Assembly: GCA_965262615.1 (NCBI GenBank)
Contig: OZ253545.1
Span: 1,152,001-1,216,000, forward strand
Reading direction: 5' to 3'
DNA length: 64,000 nt
DNA from: Alphaproteobacteria bacterium
GTDB lineage: Bacteria; Pseudomonadota; Alphaproteobacteria; GM7ARS4; G965262615
In this document: piece by piece, positions 1 to 8,847 of the stretch
How positions within the stretch are numbered: the stretch's first letter is position 1
How the letters are laid out: every line of letters begins with the position of its first letter
Made by a program: the position numbers and the translations under genes
Notes under the pieces: model-generated
Databases searched by the model: none
What the model was told of the DNA's origin: nothing
Seen by the model: the letters and a program-made list of their open reading frames with translations, nothing else

Positions 1-2
1 TG

Positions 3-764
3 GGCTGGATGTATGACAATGGCATTGGTGTTGTGCAAGATTATGAGCAAGCCGCGCAATGGTTCACAAAAGCCGCGGTGCAAGGATTTGCCCGAGCTCA
101 AAGTAATCTTGCTATGATGTATCTTCATGGCAGAGGTGTTCCGCAGGATTATGAGCAAGCCGCGCAATGGTGGAGAAAAGCCGCAAGGCAAGGCTATGCC
201 AAGGCTCAATTCAATCTTGGGCTGATGTATCACAATGGAGATGGGGTTGCACAGGACGATGAGCAAGCTTTGTATTGGTGGGAGAAAGCCGCAAGACAAG
301 GAAATAAAGATGCAATAGAAGCTCTCAAAATATTAGGCATGGCTGATGAAACGGACGAATTGCACCAATTGAGAGAACGCGCCGAGCAAGGCGATGCCGA
401 TGCCCAAAACTATCTTGGTGTGATGTATAACACTGGCATGGGTGTGACGCAGGATAAAAAAGAAGCCGTGGAATGGTTCAAAAAATCCGCCGAACAAGGA
501 AATGCCCTCGCCCAAGCCAATCTTGGAGTGATGTATAGGGATGGGATGGGTGTCACGCAGGATGATGAGGAAGCTGTGGAATGGTGGAAAAAAGCCGCAG
601 AGCAAGAAAATGCCGTAGCCCAATACAATCTTGCTGTGATGTATGGCAAGGGAATCGGCGTGGCACAGAGTGATGAAAAAGCCGTCTATTGGTTCACAAA
701 AGCCGCCAAACAAGGCGATGTTGATGCAATAGAAGTTCTCAAGAAATTAGGCATCACCGACTGA
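3..764 (+). CDS. Sel1-like repeat (SLR) protein, 5'-truncated by window edge
   Basis: 36-aa units A(Q)xNLGxMYxxGxGVxQDxxxAxxWxxKAAxQG; frame is open to the window edge; ends ...AIEVLKKLGITD*. Confidence 0.93.
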   Translation, partial: GWMYDNGIGVVQDYEQAAQWFTKAAVQGFARAQSNLAMMYLHGRGVPQDYEQAAQWWRKAARQGYAKAQFNLGLMYHNGDGVAQDDEQALYWWEKAARQGNKDAIEALKILGMADETDELHQLRERAEQGDADAQNYLGVMYNTGMGVTQDKKEAVEWFKKSAEQGNALAQANLGVMYRDGMGVTQDDEEAVEWWKKAAEQENAVAQYNLAVMYGKGIGVAQSDEKAVYWFTKAAKQGDVDAIEVLKKLGITD

Positions 765-794
765 TTCCCCCTCGCCTTGAGGCAAGGACAGGCA

Positions 795-1226
795 TCAAAA
801 AAGTGCCGTGGCAACCATTCCCAACAGAGCCACCATCACGCTCACAAGAACAACAATCACCCGCGTCGCAAAGAGATTGAAAGCCTGCAACAACACATTG
901 ATATCTTCCTTAATTTCAGTTCGCGCCTGAGCGATTTGAGTTTCCAGTTTGGCGATTTGAGTTTCCAGTTTGGCGTTATTTTCATTATTTTCAGCTCGCG
1001 CCTGAGCGATTTGAGCTTCCAGTTTGGCGATTTGAGCTTCCAGTTTGGCGATTTTGGTCTCCAGTTTGGCGATATCTTCCTTCGTGGCAAAATTCTTGCC
1101 TTGCTCTTTGATGGTGGCAACATCCACCTTCAGAGCAACCACATCCGCTTTGAGGGCGACCACATCATCATACAAGCCATTCGCCTTGCGATGTTCGGTT
1201 GGTTTTTGTTCCGTCTGGATAGTCAT
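795..1226 (-). CDS. Tail-anchored coiled-coil protein, DUF1640/CCDC90-like (copy 1)
   Basis: FATKEDI neck motif, heptads IAKLE(T/A)Q, C-terminal hydrophobic helix; start set at ATG 1226, 7 nt after the -10 box, as in the paralogs. Confidence 0.85.
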   Translation of the reverse strand: MTIQTEQKPTEHRKANGLYDDVVALKADVVALKVDVATIKEQGKNFATKEDIAKLETKIAKLEAQIAKLEAQIAQARAENNENNAKLETQIAKLETQIAQARTEIKEDINVLLQAFNLFATRVIVVLVSVMVALLGMVATALF

Positions 1227-1233
1227 GGTGGTT

Positions 1234-1262
1234 AGAATATGTGCATTTGCAGGGTTTGTCAA
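1234..1262 (-). promoter_or_regulatory. Sigma70 promoter TTGACA-17-TATTCT, leaderless (copy 1)
   Basis: Minus strand reads TTGACA aaccctgcaaatgcaca TATTCT aaccacc ATG. Confidence 0.8.
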
Positions 1263-1406
1263 TGCCAAGATGCCTTACGGTCATTGCAGATGACCATGAG
1301 CAAGAGAAAACATCACTCAAAACATTGGGCATACCCAACTAATTCGCCCTCGCTCTTGCTTTTTGCCATTGGTTTTTGTATGGGTGGCGTGCCCAATGGC
1401 AATCAA

Positions 1407-2588
1407 ATGAGGATAGCTCCATTGAATGATCGACATCTCCCGTCTCGCCGCAGTGCCATTCCCTCATTTATTGTGATGGACATGATGGCGAAGGCATCGG
1501 CACTGGAACGGCGCGGGGTGAAGGTCATGCGTTTGGAGGCGGGCGCGCCGGACACCGCTCCGCCGCCCGCCATCCTCAAACAACTGGCACACACCCTCAC
1601 CAAGCGCAATTTTGGCTACACCGATTCCACCGGAACGCCCCAGCTCAAAGAACGCATTGCATGGCTCTATGGGCATCGCTATGGGCTTGAGATTGACCCA
1701 TCCCGCATCGTCATCTCCAGTGGCTCATCGGCGTGTCTGACTCTGGCACTGCTGGCGGCGTTTGAGCATGGGGATGTGATTGCTCTGCCGCGTCCGTGTT
1801 ATCCCGCCTATCGCCCCATGGCGGAGGCGTTGGGTCTGCGGGTGGTGGATATGCCGCTCACGGATGAGGACGGCTGGTGTCTGACGGCGCGTCATATTGA
1901 GCAGTGTGAGACCAAACCGAGCGGCATCATTCTCACCAATCCCGCCAACCCCACCGGCGCACTGATGGACGAACACCAACTGGCAACCATTGCTGATTAT
2001 TGCCGACATAATGGTATCCGCATCATCAGCGATGAGATTTATCACGATGTCACCGATGATGACCACACAGCTCACAGCATCCTCTCGTTTGACCCCGATG
2101 CCATCGTGACCAGTGGCTTTTCCAAGTTTTTTGCGCTGCCGGGCTGGCGTGTGGGCTGGATGATCGCGCCTGTCGCTTTTGCCTCCTCCCTGCTGGCATT
2201 ACAGCAAAATCTCTATGTCGCGCCGCCCAGCGCAGGACAAGAACTCGCGATTTCCATGCTACAAGAAGAGGTTATGGACACCATGAAACACCATGTACGG
2301 CGATGGAATGACAACCGCAATGTTTTGTTGCGGTTTATTGAGCAAAGCCCACTCAGTCTGACGGCTCAGCCGCGCGGCGGATTTTACATTTATTGCGATG
2401 CCGCCGCCGTCACCCATGACAGCGTGGCGTGGTGTGATGAGATATTGCATCGTCATCATGTGGCACTGGCGGCGGGCGTGGATTTTGACCCCGTGGACGG
2501 TCATAAATTCGTGCGTTTTTCCTTCTGCCGACCAAACAATGAGATTACTACTGCCTGCAAGATTCTCGACAAAGTGTTTAATTCTTAA
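1407..2588 (+). CDS. PLP-dependent class I/II aminotransferase (AspC-like)
   Basis: NPANPTG, ISDEIYH and SGFSKFFALPGWRVGW motifs; exact start uncertain. Confidence 0.9.
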   Translation: MRIAPLNDRHLPSRRSAIPSFIVMDMMAKASALERRGVKVMRLEAGAPDTAPPPAILKQLAHTLTKRNFGYTDSTGTPQLKERIAWLYGHRYGLEIDPSRIVISSGSSACLTLALLAAFEHGDVIALPRPCYPAYRPMAEALGLRVVDMPLTDEDGWCLTARHIEQCETKPSGIILTNPANPTGALMDEHQLATIADYCRHNGIRIISDEIYHDVTDDDHTAHSILSFDPDAIVTSGFSKFFALPGWRVGWMIAPVAFASSLLALQQNLYVAPPSAGQELAISMLQEEVMDTMKHHVRRWNDNRNVLLRFIEQSPLSLTAQPRGGFYIYCDAAAVTHDSVAWCDEILHRHHVALAAGVDFDPVDGHKFVRFSFCRPNNEITTACKILDKVFNS

Positions 2589-2665
2589 CCGTGAAAAAGC
2601 TGTTTTATCAGCCTCATCAGTGTGATACAATCGCGGCGGTCAATTGATGGCGCGAGGAGTTTGGT

Positions 2666-4189
2666 GTGGAAAAATTCTTTGAATACATTTTCCCAAAAAA
2701 AATCAGTACGAGGTCGCGAGTCTGTCTCTTATTCCTTGTACCCGCATTGTCCATTTTAATCCTTCTTCCATCAATTCTTGAAGCTTGGAATCAACCTCCA
2801 TTGCCAAGCCAATTTTTCTATTCTTTAATTACGGTAACAGGATTTCTGCTTTTTGCTTTGATTTTATCATTAATAAAAGATTTTGAAAAATCATCCGAGC
2901 CAACGCGTGACATAGCTAAAGACTTACATGATATGCTTCCTGAATTGGCGTTGTATATCACCGAACAATTGGTATCGGATAACATAAAAAATATGCAAAA
3001 GAAAGAAGCAACAAGACAATTTAATCTTGGTGTCAAACATTTATTTGGCAAGGGTGTTAAAAAAAATGCACAAAAAGCATTCCTCCACTTTGAAGCAGCC
3101 GCCCAACAAGGGGATGCCTACGCCCAATTCAATCTTGCTTTGATGTATAGGAATGGCAAAGGAGTGGCACAAAATGATAAGAAAGCCCTGTATTGGTATC
3201 AAAAAGCCGCCCAACAAGGGGATGCTAGAGCCCAATTCAATCTTGCTTGGATGTATCATGAGGGCAAAGGAGTGGCACAGAATGATGAGAAAGCCCTGTA
3301 TTGGTATCAAGAATCCGCCCAACAAGGGGATGCTAGAGCCCAATTCAATCTTGCTTTAATGTATCATGAGGGCAAAGGAGTGGCACAAAATGATGAGAAA
3401 GCCCTGTATTGGTATCAAAAAGCCGCCCAACAAGGGAATGCCAAAGCCCAATTCAATCTTGCTTGGATGTATGATGAGGGCAAAGGAGTGGCACAGAATG
3501 ATGAGAAAGCTGTGTATTGGTATCAAGAATCCGCCCAGCAAGGGGATGCCAAAGCCCAATTCAATCTTGCTTGGATGTATGATGAGGGCAAAGGAGTGGC
3601 ACAAAATGATAAGAAAGCACTATATTGGTATCAAGAATCCGCACAACAAGGAAGTGCCAGAGCCCAAATCAGTCTTGGGATGGCTTATGTTGGCGGAAAA
3701 GGTATTTCACAGGATTATCATGAGGCGATGCAATGGTTCAAAAAAGCCGCAGAACAAGGGAGTACCGATGCCCAAAACAATATTGGCTTTATGTATGCCA
3801 CTGGCATGGGTATTAAACCAAATGAGAAAAAAGCAGTGCATTGGCTCACAAAAGCTTCAGAGCAAGGATTTGCCATAGCCCAATTCAATCTCGCTGTGGT
3901 GTATGAAAGTGTGACACAGAATGATCAAAAAGCGAAGCACTGGTATCAAAAAGCCGTCCAGCAAGTTAGTGACGAAACCAAATTCACTCAGCAAGAAGAG
4001 CAGGAGAGGATCAAAGAAGCGGAACAAGAAGGGGATGCCAATTCCTTGTATCTTCTTGGCGTGAGATACGCCATTGGCGAAGAAGTCACGCGAGATTATG
4101 AAAAAGCGGCGCACTGGTTCACCCAAGCATCTCAGCTGAACTTTATTCAAGCCACGCGAGCTCTTGAATTGCTGAAAAAAGTCAAATAA
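2666..4189 (+). CDS. Membrane-anchored Sel1-like repeat protein
   Basis: GAGGAG RBS before GTG; two N-terminal hydrophobic helices followed by ~10 Sel1 units. Confidence 0.92.
   Translation: MEKFFEYIFPKKISTRSRVCLLFLVPALSILILLPSILEAWNQPPLPSQFFYSLITVTGFLLFALILSLIKDFEKSSEPTRDIAKDLHDMLPELALYITEQLVSDNIKNMQKKEATRQFNLGVKHLFGKGVKKNAQKAFLHFEAAAQQGDAYAQFNLALMYRNGKGVAQNDKKALYWYQKAAQQGDARAQFNLAWMYHEGKGVAQNDEKALYWYQESAQQGDARAQFNLALMYHEGKGVAQNDEKALYWYQKAAQQGNAKAQFNLAWMYDEGKGVAQNDEKAVYWYQESAQQGDAKAQFNLAWMYDEGKGVAQNDKKALYWYQESAQQGSARAQISLGMAYVGGKGISQDYHEAMQWFKKAAEQGSTDAQNNIGFMYATGMGIKPNEKKAVHWLTKASEQGFAIAQFNLAVVYESVTQNDQKAKHWYQKAVQQVSDETKFTQQEEQERIKEAEQEGDANSLYLLGVRYAIGEEVTRDYEKAAHWFTQASQLNFIQATRALELLKKVK
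3099..3650 (+). repeat. ~5 near-identical 108-bp tandem Sel1-coding units
   Basis: gcccaacaaggggatgc...caattcaatcttgctt...gtattggtatcaa recurs every 108 nt (3101, 3209, 3317, 3425, 3533). Confidence 0.92.
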
Positions 4190-4213
4190 AGCTCAAACTA
4201 CACGGGGTAAACA

Positions 4214-4424
4214 ATGGACATGGCTCATACTGATTTGCAACAATTGATGGAGCGCGCTCAACAAGGCGATGCCCTCAGCCCAAAACAGTCTGGGGTGCAT
4301 GTATGAACAAGGCAGAGGTGTCACGCAGGATTATGAAGAAGCCGTGCGATGGTTCAAAAAAGCCGCGAGGCAAGGAAATAAAGCTGCCATAAAATCCCTC
4401 AAAATTTTAGGCATGACCGACTAA
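4214..4424 (+). pseudogene. Frameshifted single-unit Sel1 mini-gene
   Basis: MDMAHTDLQQLMERAQQGDA, then one extra base near 4273, then SAQNSLGCMYEQGRGVTQDYEEAVRWFKKAARQGNKAAIKSLKILGMTD*; length 211 nt = 3n+1. Confidence 0.8.
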
Positions 4425-4438
4425 TTCAAGGGTTTTCG

Positions 4439-4768
4439 TCACTTCAAAATAAGTGTCACCAGAATGCCCACAAGGGACACAATCACTCCCGCCAGAGCCA
4501 CAATCACTCGCGCAGCGGCGCGATTGACGGCATCCAACAACTCATTTTTCGCCTTATCAATCTTGCCATCCACGACCGATATTTTGTCCAGCAGTTCAGC
4601 TCGCAAATCGGCAACATCTTCCTTCGTGGCAAAATGATTGCACTGCTCCTTGATGGTGGCAACATCCACTTTGAGAGTCACCACATCCGCTTTGAGAGCG
4701 ACCACATCATCATGCAAGCCATTCGCACCGCGATGCTTTGGTGGTTCTTGATTCGTTTCTATCGTCAT
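4439..4768 (-). CDS. Tail-anchored coiled-coil protein, DUF1640/CCDC90-like (copy 2)
   Basis: DDVVALKADV..FATKEDVADLRAEL..C-terminal TM ending ILVTLILK; paralog of 795-1226. Confidence 0.85.
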   Translation of the reverse strand: MTIETNQEPPKHRGANGLHDDVVALKADVVTLKVDVATIKEQCNHFATKEDVADLRAELLDKISVVDGKIDKAKNELLDAVNRAAARVIVALAGVIVSLVGILVTLILK

Positions 4769-4775
4769 GGTGATG

Positions 4776-4804
4776 AGAGTATGGGCATTTCAAGAATTTG
4801 TCAA
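4776..4804 (-). promoter_or_regulatory. Sigma70 promoter TTGACA-17-TACTCT, leaderless (copy 2)
   Basis: Minus strand reads TTGACA aattcttgaaatgccca TACTCT catcacc ATG. Confidence 0.8.
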
Positions 4805-4921
4805 TGGCAAGACGCATTACGATCATTGCAGATGACCATGAGGCAAGAGTCACCATCATTCAAAAAAGAGCAGTTGCAATTGCGTCTTAACTTTGCCATC
4901 CAAAAGCGGTATAAAAGCCCC

Positions 4922-5419
4922 ATGATGATTGCACGGTTGCTCGCCATCATAATGTTGCTCATGAGTGTCACCGCAACTTCCAGTCACGGCGAGATGATGC
5001 GCGTCAAAGGCATGGGGGGAATCTTCAATTTTGCCAAGGACAATAATTTTGCCTACGGCGCGGAGGTCACCCTGCCTTCACTCTTTTTGCCTTTGGGCTT
5101 GAATTTTGATGTGGGATTTCTCGCCACCGACCGCCGCGCCGTCTACGGCTACGCCGCCATTGAACGCGCTTTTTATGTTGATGACGACTGGCGCATCATC
5201 CCCTCATTGGCGATGGGATACTACGAACAAAAGGACGATAAAGATCTCGGATTTGAACTCAACTTCAAATCGGGCGGCGAGATTGCCTACCGCTTTGCTC
5301 ACAACGCATGGGCGGGAATTTCGGCTTTTCATATCTCCAACGCCTCGCTCAGCAGTCATAATCCGGGCACGGAGCTCTTTGTCTTCACCCTCACCTACGA
5401 TGTCAGTATAATTCCATGA
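4922..5419 (+). CDS. Acyloxyacyl hydrolase / PagL-family lipid A deacylase-like outer-membrane beta-barrel
   Basis: Signal peptide MMIARLLAIIMLL..., HISNA...NPG motif; real start is 4922, not the ORF-track 4634. Confidence 0.8.
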   Translation: MMIARLLAIIMLLMSVTATSSHGEMMRVKGMGGIFNFAKDNNFAYGAEVTLPSLFLPLGLNFDVGFLATDRRAVYGYAAIERAFYVDDDWRIIPSLAMGYYEQKDDKDLGFELNFKSGGEIAYRFAHNAWAGISAFHISNASLSSHNPGTELFVFTLTYDVSIIP

Positions 5420-6366
5420 GCGAGCGCATTCACGACTCCATCACCGACCTCATTGGCAAAACGCCTCTGTTGCGCCTCAATCGCTTTGCGCGCTTTCACC
5501 AGTGCGAGGCGGAGCTCATCGCCAAACTGGAGCTTCTCAATCCTCTTTCATCGGTGAAGGATCGCATCGGGCTTGCCATGATTGATGATGCCGTGGCAGC
5601 GGGACGCATCACCGCAAACACCACCATCATAGAACCCACATCCGGCAACACGGGCATTGCTCTGGCATTCGTGGCAGCCGCCCGAGGGCTGAAACTCATT
5701 TTAACCATGCCCGCCAGCATGTCTGTGGAACGCCGCAAAATGCTCCAATTGCTGGGCGCACAAACCCATCTCACCGACCCCGCCCGAGGCATGAAGGGCG
5801 CGATTGAAAAAGCACACGAACTGCACAAAGAAATCAAGGATTCCATCATTTTGCAACAGTTTGAAAATCCCGCCAATCCAACCATTCATCGCCACACCAC
5901 GGCGCAAGAAATATGGCACGATGTGGGCAGGCGGCTGGATATTTTCGTCTCGGGCGTGGGAACGGGCGGCACGGTGACCGGCGTGAGTGAGGTCATCAAA
6001 GAGCAGCACCCCGCCCTTCATGTGGTGGCGGTAGAACCCGAAGACTCCCCCGTTCTGTCGGGAGGCACGGCGGGACCCCACAAAATTCAAGGCATTGGCG
6101 CAGGCATGATTCCCAAAAATCTCAACCAACAAATGATTGATGAGGTCATCACCATCAGCAACGAGACGGCGTTTGAGACGGCGCGCACGGTGGCGCGTCT
6201 TGAGGGCTTGGCGGTAGGCATTTCATCGGGGGCGGCTCTGGCGGCGGCTTTAGAGGTGGGACAGCGAGCCCAAAACAAAGGCAAACGAATCCTTGTCATT
6301 CTGCCGTCCGCCGCCGAACGCTACCTCTCCACCGAGCTTTTTTCCGATGGCATGGATACCAAATAA
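5416..6366 (+). CDS. cysK: Cysteine synthase A
   Basis: NPLSSVKDRIG, EPTSGNTGIALA, GVGTGGT and HKIQGIGAG motifs. Confidence 0.96.
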   Translation: MSERIHDSITDLIGKTPLLRLNRFARFHQCEAELIAKLELLNPLSSVKDRIGLAMIDDAVAAGRITANTTIIEPTSGNTGIALAFVAAARGLKLILTMPASMSVERRKMLQLLGAQTHLTDPARGMKGAIEKAHELHKEIKDSIILQQFENPANPTIHRHTTAQEIWHDVGRRLDIFVSGVGTGGTVTGVSEVIKEQHPALHVVAVEPEDSPVLSGGTAGPHKIQGIGAGMIPKNLNQQMIDEVITISNETAFETARTVARLEGLAVGISSGAALAAALEVGQRAQNKGKRILVILPSAAERYLSTELFSDGMDTK

Positions 6367-6384
6367 CCGTGAAGAATTTTGGTA

Positions 6385-6413
6385 TTGACAAATTCTGCAA
6401 ATTCACATATTCT
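6385..6413 (+). promoter_or_regulatory. Sigma70 promoter TTGACA-17-TATTCT, leaderless (copy 3)
   Basis: TTGACA aattctgcaaattcaca TATTCT caccatc ATG(6421). Confidence 0.8.
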
Positions 6414-6420
6414 CACCATC

Positions 6421-6702
6421 ATGACGACAGAGACGAAGCAAAAAAAAGAATATCTCACGGTGACGGCAAAAACCTATCGCTTGAAGAGCGGTCGCGCTCT
6501 TCTCATGGTGGATTTTACCACTCATGAAAGTGTCGCCGCCCTGCAAAGTGACGATGCTGTCAGTTTGTTGCGGGGAGATATCGCTCAACTGCGTGAAGAA
6601 ATTGAGAGGGCGAAAAATGAAGTGATCTATGCCATCAATCGCGCCGCTGTGGGAGTCATTGTTTCTTGTGTGATCGTTATGGTGGCAATCATTCTTAAGT
6701 GA
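6421..6702 (+). CDS. Tail-anchored coiled-coil protein, divergent copy 3
   Basis: Same promoter cassette; IAQLREEIERAKNEV..AINRAA..hydrophobic tail ending IILK; N-terminal half differs from paralogs. Confidence 0.75.
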   Translation: MTTETKQKKEYLTVTAKTYRLKSGRALLMVDFTTHESVAALQSDDAVSLLRGDIAQLREEIERAKNEVIYAINRAAVGVIVSCVIVMVAIILK

Positions 6703-7460
6703 CCCTCTCTCGCCATGAGATGGAATTCTATGCCAGCCACATCATGCTCCCGCAGATTGGCGGCAGGGGACAAGAAAAAATCGGGCGTGCCAAAGTGCTG
6801 GTGGTGGGTGCGGGAGGCATCGGCACACCCCTCATCATCTATCTGACTACTGCGGGCGTGGGAACAATCGGCATCGCCGATGATGACACCGTTGAAACCA
6901 GCAATTTGCAACGCCAAATTCTCTACCGCCAAAACCACATCGGCGCGCTCAAAACCACCACCGCCATTGATGAAGCACGCGCCATCAATTCCGCCGTCAC
7001 CCTCATTCCTCACCCCCAACGCATGGATGATGACACTCTTGCCCACATCCTGCCGAGCTATGACATCATTGCCGATGGCTCGGACAACATCACCACCGCT
7101 CACTGTCTCAATAAAGCGGCGGTCAAACAGGGCAAAATCCTCATCAAGGCATCGGTGAGCGGCTGGAGCGGACAAATCACCACCATCATGGGCGGCAATA
7201 CAAACGCTCCCTGCTACGCCTGCCTCTTTCCACCATCGGACACCGATGCCAACGCTCCTTCATGCGTTGAGCAAGGGGTTCTCAATATGGCGGTGTGTGT
7301 CATGGCGGGATGGCTCGGTGCGGAGGTCATCAAGTGCATTATCGGGACGGGACAATCCCTCAAAGGACGACTCCTCCTCTATGACGCGCTGCAAGCGTCC
7401 ATGCACACCATCCAATACGATAAAAATCCCAGCTGCCCCGTCTGTGCCGCTAGGGTTTGA
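6699..7460 (+). CDS. ThiF/MoeB-family adenylyltransferase
   Basis: GAGGIG, DDDTVETSNLQRQ, CYAC and CPVC zinc motifs. Confidence 0.92.
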   Translation: MTLSRHEMEFYASHIMLPQIGGRGQEKIGRAKVLVVGAGGIGTPLIIYLTTAGVGTIGIADDDTVETSNLQRQILYRQNHIGALKTTTAIDEARAINSAVTLIPHPQRMDDDTLAHILPSYDIIADGSDNITTAHCLNKAAVKQGKILIKASVSGWSGQITTIMGGNTNAPCYACLFPPSDTDANAPSCVEQGVLNMAVCVMAGWLGAEVIKCIIGTGQSLKGRLLLYDALQASMHTIQYDKNPSCPVCAARV

Positions 7461-7983
7461 CCTGAATGCTACAGCCCCTCGTCATGTAATAGCGCGGGCT
7501 ATCATCATCGTCTCTTGCCAACAAGCCAAAGCGTTGCGGGTCATAGGCGTAGGAAATGGTCTGTTCGCGCGGGCGATAGCGATAGGGAAACTGACGAATA
7601 TACATTGATTGAATGTCATGAGCCTCTTGTTCTCGCATTGCATAGCGCACGCGCTCGCTGTAGTCACCAAAGCGTTCCTGATGCTTATTGCGGTGCTGCA
7701 TATGATGCACCAGTTCATGCACCAAAATAGAGACTGCGCACACATTCATCGCCCGTCCCATATCGTCACGCAAATAAACCGTCCGCTCCTCAATGTGATA
7801 AAATGCCACCACCGCACACCGTCGTCCCCCACACGCCATCTCTTGCAACGAATCCGATGACGCAAAAACCACCGAAGGGGTCTCCGAAGGCATGTCATAG
7901 CCAGAGACGCTCGCCACCCACAGCAATAACGAGGCAACCATATCTGTCAAAGAACTGACTCCAGAGTGAATCATGATACTCAC
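7450..7983 (-). CDS. Hypothetical HExxH putative zinc metallopeptidase (DUF6647-like)
   Basis: VAFYH..TVYL...SILVHELVHHMQ with downstream REQEA; start uncertain. Confidence 0.65.
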   Translation of the reverse strand: MSIMIHSGVSSLTDMVASLLLWVASVSGYDMPSETPSVVFASSDSLQEMACGGRRCAVVAFYHIEERTVYLRDDMGRAMNVCAVSILVHELVHHMQHRNKHQERFGDYSERVRYAMREQEAHDIQSMYIRQFPYRYRPREQTISYAYDPQRFGLLARDDDDSPRYYMTRGCSIQVKP

Positions 7984-7991
7984 CTATAGTC

Positions 7992-8034
7992 TCAATGACA
8001 AGATGAATGAGGCATGAATTGGGAAAGAATTTCA
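7992..8034 (-). repeat. Displaced in-frame copy of the bioA 3' end (direct repeat of 9393-9444)
   Basis: 7992-8005 matches 9393-9406 at 13/14 and 8011-8034 matches 9421-9444 at 23/24; reads EILSQFMPHSSCH* versus bioA EILAQFMPNDREASCD*. Confidence 0.85.
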
Positions 8035-8041
8035 AGCTGTG

Positions 8042-8070
8042 AGATTCTTGGCAAAGTGTTTAATTCTTAA
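8042..8070 (+). repeat. Copy of the aminotransferase 3' end (2560-2588)
   Basis: agattcttggcaaagtgtttaattcttaa versus agattctcgacaaagtgtttaattcttaa, 27/29. Confidence 0.85.
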
Positions 8071-8093
8071 TGGGAATATGGTAAGCTGCCACC

Positions 8094-8432
8094 ATGAGAA
8101 CCACCCGCCTTATCACATGGATTGCCATTGTCGTCATTGCTCATACGGGCTGGATGCCGAGCGTGGCTCATGCCGAAGAAGATGCCATAGCCCAATACAA
8201 TCTTGGGGTGGATTATTACAACGACAAGGACTACCTACAAGCAGCGTATTGGTGGAAAAAAGCCGCCGAACAAGGGAATGCCAATGCTCAAACCACTCTG
8301 GCGTTGATGTATTACGATGGCACAGGTGTCACACAGGACGGTCTGCAGGCGGCGTATTGGTTCAAAAAAGCCGCAGAACAAGGACATAAAGGGGCGATAA
8401 AAGCCCTCAAGAAGGAAATAAAGATGCGATAA
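8094..8432 (+). CDS. Secreted short Sel1-like repeat protein (2 units)
   Basis: Signal peptide ending VAHA-EE; AQYNLGVDY..WWKKAAEQG, then AQTTLALMYYDGTGVTQD..WFKKAAEQG. Confidence 0.88.
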   Translation: MRTTRLITWIAIVVIAHTGWMPSVAHAEEDAIAQYNLGVDYYNDKDYLQAAYWWKKAAEQGNANAQTTLALMYYDGTGVTQDGLQAAYWFKKAAEQGHKGAIKALKKEIKMR

Positions 8433-8478
8433 AAGCCCTCAAAACATTAGGCATGACCAACTAATTCAAGGGGTTTTA

Positions 8479-8760
8479 TCATTTAAGAATTAGTGTTACC
8501 AGAATGCCGCCCAGAGCCACAATCACTCCCACGAGAGCCACAATCACCCGCACGGCAAAGCGATTGATGGCTTCCAACAACTCATTTTTCGCCTCAATGA
8601 CATCTTTTTTGGTGGCAAAATGATTGCACCGCTCCTTGATGGTGGCAACATCCACCTTGAGATCCACCATATCATCACGCGAGCCATTGGCACCGCGATG
8701 CTTGGGTGTTTTCTGCACCTCGCGATGCTTTGGTGGTTCTTGCTGCGTTTCCATTGTCAT
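8479..8760 (-). CDS. Tail-anchored coiled-coil protein, DUF1640/CCDC90-like (copy 4, shortest stalk)
   Basis: LKVDVATIKERCNHFATKKDV..AKNELLEAINR..TM ILVTLILK. Confidence 0.85.
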   Translation of the reverse strand: MTMETQQEPPKHREVQKTPKHRGANGSRDDMVDLKVDVATIKERCNHFATKKDVIEAKNELLEAINRFAVRVIVALVGVIVALGGILVTLILK

Positions 8761-8767
8761 GGTGATG

Positions 8768-8796
8768 AGAATATGTGCGTTTGCAGGGTTTGTCAA
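8768..8796 (-). promoter_or_regulatory. Sigma70 promoter TTGACA-17-TATTCT, leaderless (copy 4)
   Basis: Minus strand reads TTGACA aaccctgcaaacgcaca TATTCT catcacc ATG. Confidence 0.8.
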
Positions 8797-8847
8797 TAAC
8801 AAAATTCTTCACGGTCATTTGGCATGACCATGAGGCAAGGGTTTTCG

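Noticed and set aside
777-1235. Plus-strand repetitive ORFs (also 9145-9369 and the 4634 N-terminal extension)
   Set aside because: Antisense shadows of the coiled-coil genes; the periodicity comes from the 21-bp repeats.
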